Part shown: positions 60,543 through 64,000 of the stretch, piece after piece
Layout of the letters: each line of letters begins with the position of its first letter
How positions within the stretch are numbered: position 1 is the stretch's first letter
Assembly: GCA_964195995.1 (NCBI GenBank)
Contig: CAXMQS010000030.1
Coordinates: 33,861 to 97,860 of the forward strand
DNA from: an uncultured Acidimicrobiia bacterium
Lineage (GTDB): Bacteria; Actinomycetota; Acidimicrobiia; Spongiisociales; JAOTWH01
Length of the DNA: 64,000 nucleotides
Reading direction: 5' to 3'
The notes under the pieces: generated by a model
Told to the model about the DNA's origin: nothing
Seen by the model: the letters and a program-made list of their open reading frames with translations, nothing else
Database searches by the model: none
Made by a program: the position numbers and the translations under genes

Positions 60543-63515
60543 GTGCTGACACGCGAATCGATTCCAAGGCCGCGCCCGGCGGTGAGGCGCGCCCTCACCG
60601 TCCTCGGCATCGCAGTGGTGCTTGGTATCCCCGCGCTGCGGTGGCTGTCCACGTTTTGGACCGACTACCTGTGGTTCGATTCGGTGCAGCTCACCAGCGT
60701 CTGGCGCACGGCCATCTTCACTCGGATCGGCCTCGTTGTCGTGGCTTCGGCGATCGCGGCACTCGTCTTGTGGCTCAACCTGTGGCTGGCGGACAAGTTG
60801 TCGCCGCGCGTTGGCCTGGTCGATGCCACACCAGAGGAAGTCGTCGTCGAGCGATTCCAGGAGTGGGTGCAGCCCCGAGCCCGGCTGCTCCGCTTCGGAG
60901 TGGCGATTCTCTTCGGGATCCTCATTGGCCTGGCCGCAGGCGGTTGGTGGGACCACTACCTGCTGTTCCGGGAGTCCGTGTCCTTCGGCATAGACGATGC
61001 CCAGTTCGGCAACGACGTCGGGTTCTACGTGTTCCGTCTTCCGTTCGTTCGCGATGTCTTCGCATGGGCTTTCCAGTTGATCGTGATCACAGGCCTCATC
61101 GTTGCCGCGCTCCACTACCTCAACGGCGGCATCCGGGTCCAGGGCCAGCTGCAACGCGTCAATGCCGCCGTCAAGGTGCACCTGTCGGTCGTCGTTGCGT
61201 TCCTGGCGCTGCTGAAGGCGGTGGGGTACCAGCTCGACAAGTACGAGTTGCTCTACAGCACGCGCGGCGCCGTGTTCGGTGCCTCCTCCGCCGACATCAG
61301 CGCTCGGCTGCCTGCGCTCAATCTTCTCATTCTCATTTCGGTCGCGGCCGCCATCATGCTTTTGGTCAACATCCGGATCAGGGGTTGGACGTTGCCGGCC
61401 GTTGCACTCGGGTTGTGGCTGGCCACATCTCTTCTGGTCGGCGGCCTCATCCCCGCGGCAGTGCAGCGCTTCAGCGTCGAGCCCGACGAGATCAACAAAG
61501 AGCTGCCGTACGTCGAGCGCAACATCGCCGCCACTCGCCAGGCCTACGGCCTTGGGGGAGTTCAGGTGCGGGAGTTCTCCGAAAAGAGTGACGCTGATGG
61601 AAACACCATTCCGCTGACGGCCACTGAGATCGGCAACAATCGCGACACCATCGACAATGTCAGGCTGTGGGATCCGGCAGTGCTCCGTGTCACCTATCGC
61701 CAGCTGCAGGAGCTTCGCACGTTCTATAAGTTCGAGGATGTTGACGTCGACCGCTACGACATCGGCGGCGAGCCGACGCAGGTCATGCTGGCCGCGCGCG
61801 AACTCGATCAGAACAACATCCCGGGTCAGGGCTGGGTCAACCAGCATCTTGTCTTCACCCATGGCTTCGGCGCCGTGCTGAGCCCTGCCAACTCGGTCAC
61901 TTCGGAGGGGCAGCCCGATTTCCTCGTCAAAGACATCCCGCCCCAGTCGCTTGACCCGGTGGTCGCCCTCGAGCAGTCCCGCATCTACTTCGGCGAGGGT
62001 TTCGATAAGGACAGCTTCGTCTTCGTTGGTACCAAAGAGCAGGAGGTCGATTTCCCGATCGGCACCGGCGAGGAAGCCGTCGAATACACCACCTATGAGG
62101 GTGCGGGCGGCATCGAGCTGGGGAGCATCTTCAGACGAACGGCATTCGCCTTGCGATTCCTCGATCTCAACACCCTGATCTCGGGCCAGTTGACCAGCGA
62201 CACCAGGGTCCTGATGGTGCGCAACGTCACCGAGCGTGTCGAGCGGGTTGCGCCCTTCCTGCAATCAGACGCTGATCCATACCTGGTGGTATCCGAGGGC
62301 CGCCTGTTTTGGGTGGTTGACATGTACACGACGACCAATCGCTACCCGTACTCGACGCCGGCATTCACTGGTCGGCTCAATCGTCTCAGCGGGTCGGTTC
62401 CCAACGACCTCAACTACATCAGGAACTCGGTGAAGGCCGTCGTCGACACAACGGACGGCACGATGGACTTCTACATCGTCGACCCGGATGACCCCATCGT
62501 CAGGGCCTACTCGGGAATCTTCCCCGACCTCTTCAGCGACGGCGCCGACATGCCCGACAACATCCGCAGTCACCTCCGTTACCCCGAGGACCTGTTCAGG
62601 GTGCAGACCGATATGTACACCTCTTACCACGTCACCGACCCCCGCACCTTCTTCAACGACTCGGATCCGTGGCAGATCGCCAAGGACCCCTCGACCGCAG
62701 GCAACCCGTCGACGCCAACGTTGCTGGAGGCAGCCAGCGAGGCGGTCGTGGTGCGCGAGGACCTGCGGGCCCGCTTCCGTGACGAGGACGGAAACCTCTA
62801 CACACCGATGGTGCCCTACTACCTGCTGATGAAGCTGCCAGGCGAAGACGATCTGTCCTACGTCTTGATGCAACCCTTCACGCCGGAGTCCAAGCCCAAC
62901 ATGGTGTCGTTCATGGTCGCCAAGAGTGGCCCGCTCGGCTACGGAGAACTCGTCGACTTCCAGCTGCCGCGGGACAGCTTCATCGACGGCCCGGGCCAGG
63001 TTGGCGCTCGCATCCAGCAGGATCCCGACATCGCTCCCGACTTCACTCTCTTCAACCAGGAGGGCTCGAGTCTCATCCTGGGCAACATGCTGATCGTTCC
63101 TGTCGAAGATTCGATCCTCTACGTGCAGCCCATCTACCTGCAGAGCGAGGAGAACGCCCTTCCCGAATTCAAGAAGGTGGTCGTCGTCTACCAGCAGAAC
63201 AAGCCGCAGATGAGGGACAGCCTCGAAGAAGCACTGATCGCCGTGTTCGGGGACGGCACGGGTGGCCCAGTTACTCCGCCGCCAGACGGGGGAGAGACAC
63301 CCACCGAGCTCCCGGCCGACGTGACCGAAGCCCTGCAGCAGGCCCAGGCGCTGTTCGTGGAAGCAGACGCTGCGCTGCGCGCAGGCGACCTCGGCACCTA
63401 CCAGGAGAAGGTCGAGGAGGCGCAGGCCCTCATCGACCAGGCGTTGGAGAAGCTGGCCGAGCTGATCGAGGATCCCAACGCCGTCAACGCCGTCAACGCC
63501 GTCGCCGGAGGCTGA
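60543..63515 (+). CDS. UPF0182 family membrane protein
   Basis: TDYLWF, DVGFYVFRLP, NIAATRQAYG, DVDRY, FTHGFG, NYIRNSVKA, RYPEDLF. Confidence 0.93.
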   Translation: MLTRESIPRPRPAVRRALTVLGIAVVLGIPALRWLSTFWTDYLWFDSVQLTSVWRTAIFTRIGLVVVASAIAALVLWLNLWLADKLSPRVGLVDATPEEVVVERFQEWVQPRARLLRFGVAILFGILIGLAAGGWWDHYLLFRESVSFGIDDAQFGNDVGFYVFRLPFVRDVFAWAFQLIVITGLIVAALHYLNGGIRVQGQLQRVNAAVKVHLSVVVAFLALLKAVGYQLDKYELLYSTRGAVFGASSADISARLPALNLLILISVAAAIMLLVNIRIRGWTLPAVALGLWLATSLLVGGLIPAAVQRFSVEPDEINKELPYVERNIAATRQAYGLGGVQVREFSEKSDADGNTIPLTATEIGNNRDTIDNVRLWDPAVLRVTYRQLQELRTFYKFEDVDVDRYDIGGEPTQVMLAARELDQNNIPGQGWVNQHLVFTHGFGAVLSPANSVTSEGQPDFLVKDIPPQSLDPVVALEQSRIYFGEGFDKDSFVFVGTKEQEVDFPIGTGEEAVEYTTYEGAGGIELGSIFRRTAFALRFLDLNTLISGQLTSDTRVLMVRNVTERVERVAPFLQSDADPYLVVSEGRLFWVVDMYTTTNRYPYSTPAFTGRLNRLSGSVPNDLNYIRNSVKAVVDTTDGTMDFYIVDPDDPIVRAYSGIFPDLFSDGADMPDNIRSHLRYPEDLFRVQTDMYTSYHVTDPRTFFNDSDPWQIAKDPSTAGNPSTPTLLEAASEAVVVREDLRARFRDEDGNLYTPMVPYYLLMKLPGEDDLSYVLMQPFTPESKPNMVSFMVAKSGPLGYGELVDFQLPRDSFIDGPGQVGARIQQDPDIAPDFTLFNQEGSSLILGNMLIVPVEDSILYVQPIYLQSEENALPEFKKVVVVYQQNKPQMRDSLEEALIAVFGDGTGGPVTPPPDGGETPTELPADVTEALQQAQALFVEADAALRAGDLGTYQEKVEEAQALIDQALEKLAELIEDPNAVNAVNAVAGG

Positions 63516-63568
63516 TCTCGGCGCGTCGGGCGTAGAGCGAGGGTGAGACCTAGACTTCTCCCATCAAC

Positions 63569-64000
63569 GTGCACTACCGCACAGGACTTTCACAGGGGCG
63601 CATCACCATCCGGCCAACCCGCAGCCTCGCGGTCTTTGCCGCCCTGATCATCCTCACTGCGGCCTGCTCCGGCGCCGACGCGGCTGACGAGCCAGCCATC
63701 GGGGCTGCCCCGGCGGGGGCCTCGACGGACCTTGCGGCAGCGCAGATCACACCCACCGATGGGGCCCCCTTCATCCATCGCCCGATCGATCGCGCTGCGC
63801 CCGGCTTCACCCTCACCGATCAGACGGGAGAAGAAGTCAGCCTCAGCGACTTCGCGGGGAAGTGGGTCGTCGTGGACTGGGTGTTCACAAACTGCACCAC
63901 TTTCTGTCCCCTCCTCACCGGCCAGATGAATCAGGTGCACCGTGGGCTGGGAGACGCCGTCGGCGACGAGATCCAGATGATCACCATCTCCTTCGACCCG
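63569..64000 (+). CDS. SCO1/SenC-family copper chaperone lipoprotein (partial, runs off the window)
   Basis: Not in the ORF track. Frame from GTG 63569 gives lipobox TAAC, FTLTDQTG, VFTNCTTFCP (CxxxC), ISFDP. Confidence 0.88.
   Translation, partial: MHYRTGLSQGRITIRPTRSLAVFAALIILTAACSGADAADEPAIGAAPAGASTDLAAAQITPTDGAPFIHRPIDRAAPGFTLTDQTGEEVSLSDFAGKWVVVDWVFTNCTTFCPLLTGQMNQVHRGLGDAVGDEIQMITISFDP

Overview
High-GC actinobacterial chromosomal segment; gene content and order suggest class Acidimicrobiia (inference). It is mostly housekeeping. In order: maeB (partial), udg-tsaE-tsaB-rimI-tsaD, an M50 protease, double-CIRCE groES-groEL, trpS-guaA, pcrA, a TCA cluster (B12-binding mutase subunit, sucCD, folD, icd, mdh, sdhCAB), whiB, tatA with an ECF sigma/anti-sigma pair, a SenX3-like kinase with a Na/Pi symporter and PhoU, htrA, tag, a liv-type ABC transporter with an embedded acyl-CoA ligase, bioY, a sortase, ylbL-like protease, UPF0182 and a partial SCO gene. 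I see no tRNA/rRNA, CRISPR array, integrase or transposase. The most unusual items are: (1) a DivIVA-domain coiled-coil protein ending in a phage MuF/gp7-like CxxC...PPxHxxCxC module with no phage genes nearby; (2) a two-gene receptor-less chemosensory unit (CheA-CheW-REC hybrid plus a REC-GAF protein with no output domain) between guaA and pcrA; (3) a membrane-anchored protein with a degenerate Mrr-like domain behind whiB; (4) two dispersed intergenic repeat families, GC-rich REP-like hairpins between convergent genes and 7-bp periodic repeats. All calls are by eye from motifs; no searches were run.
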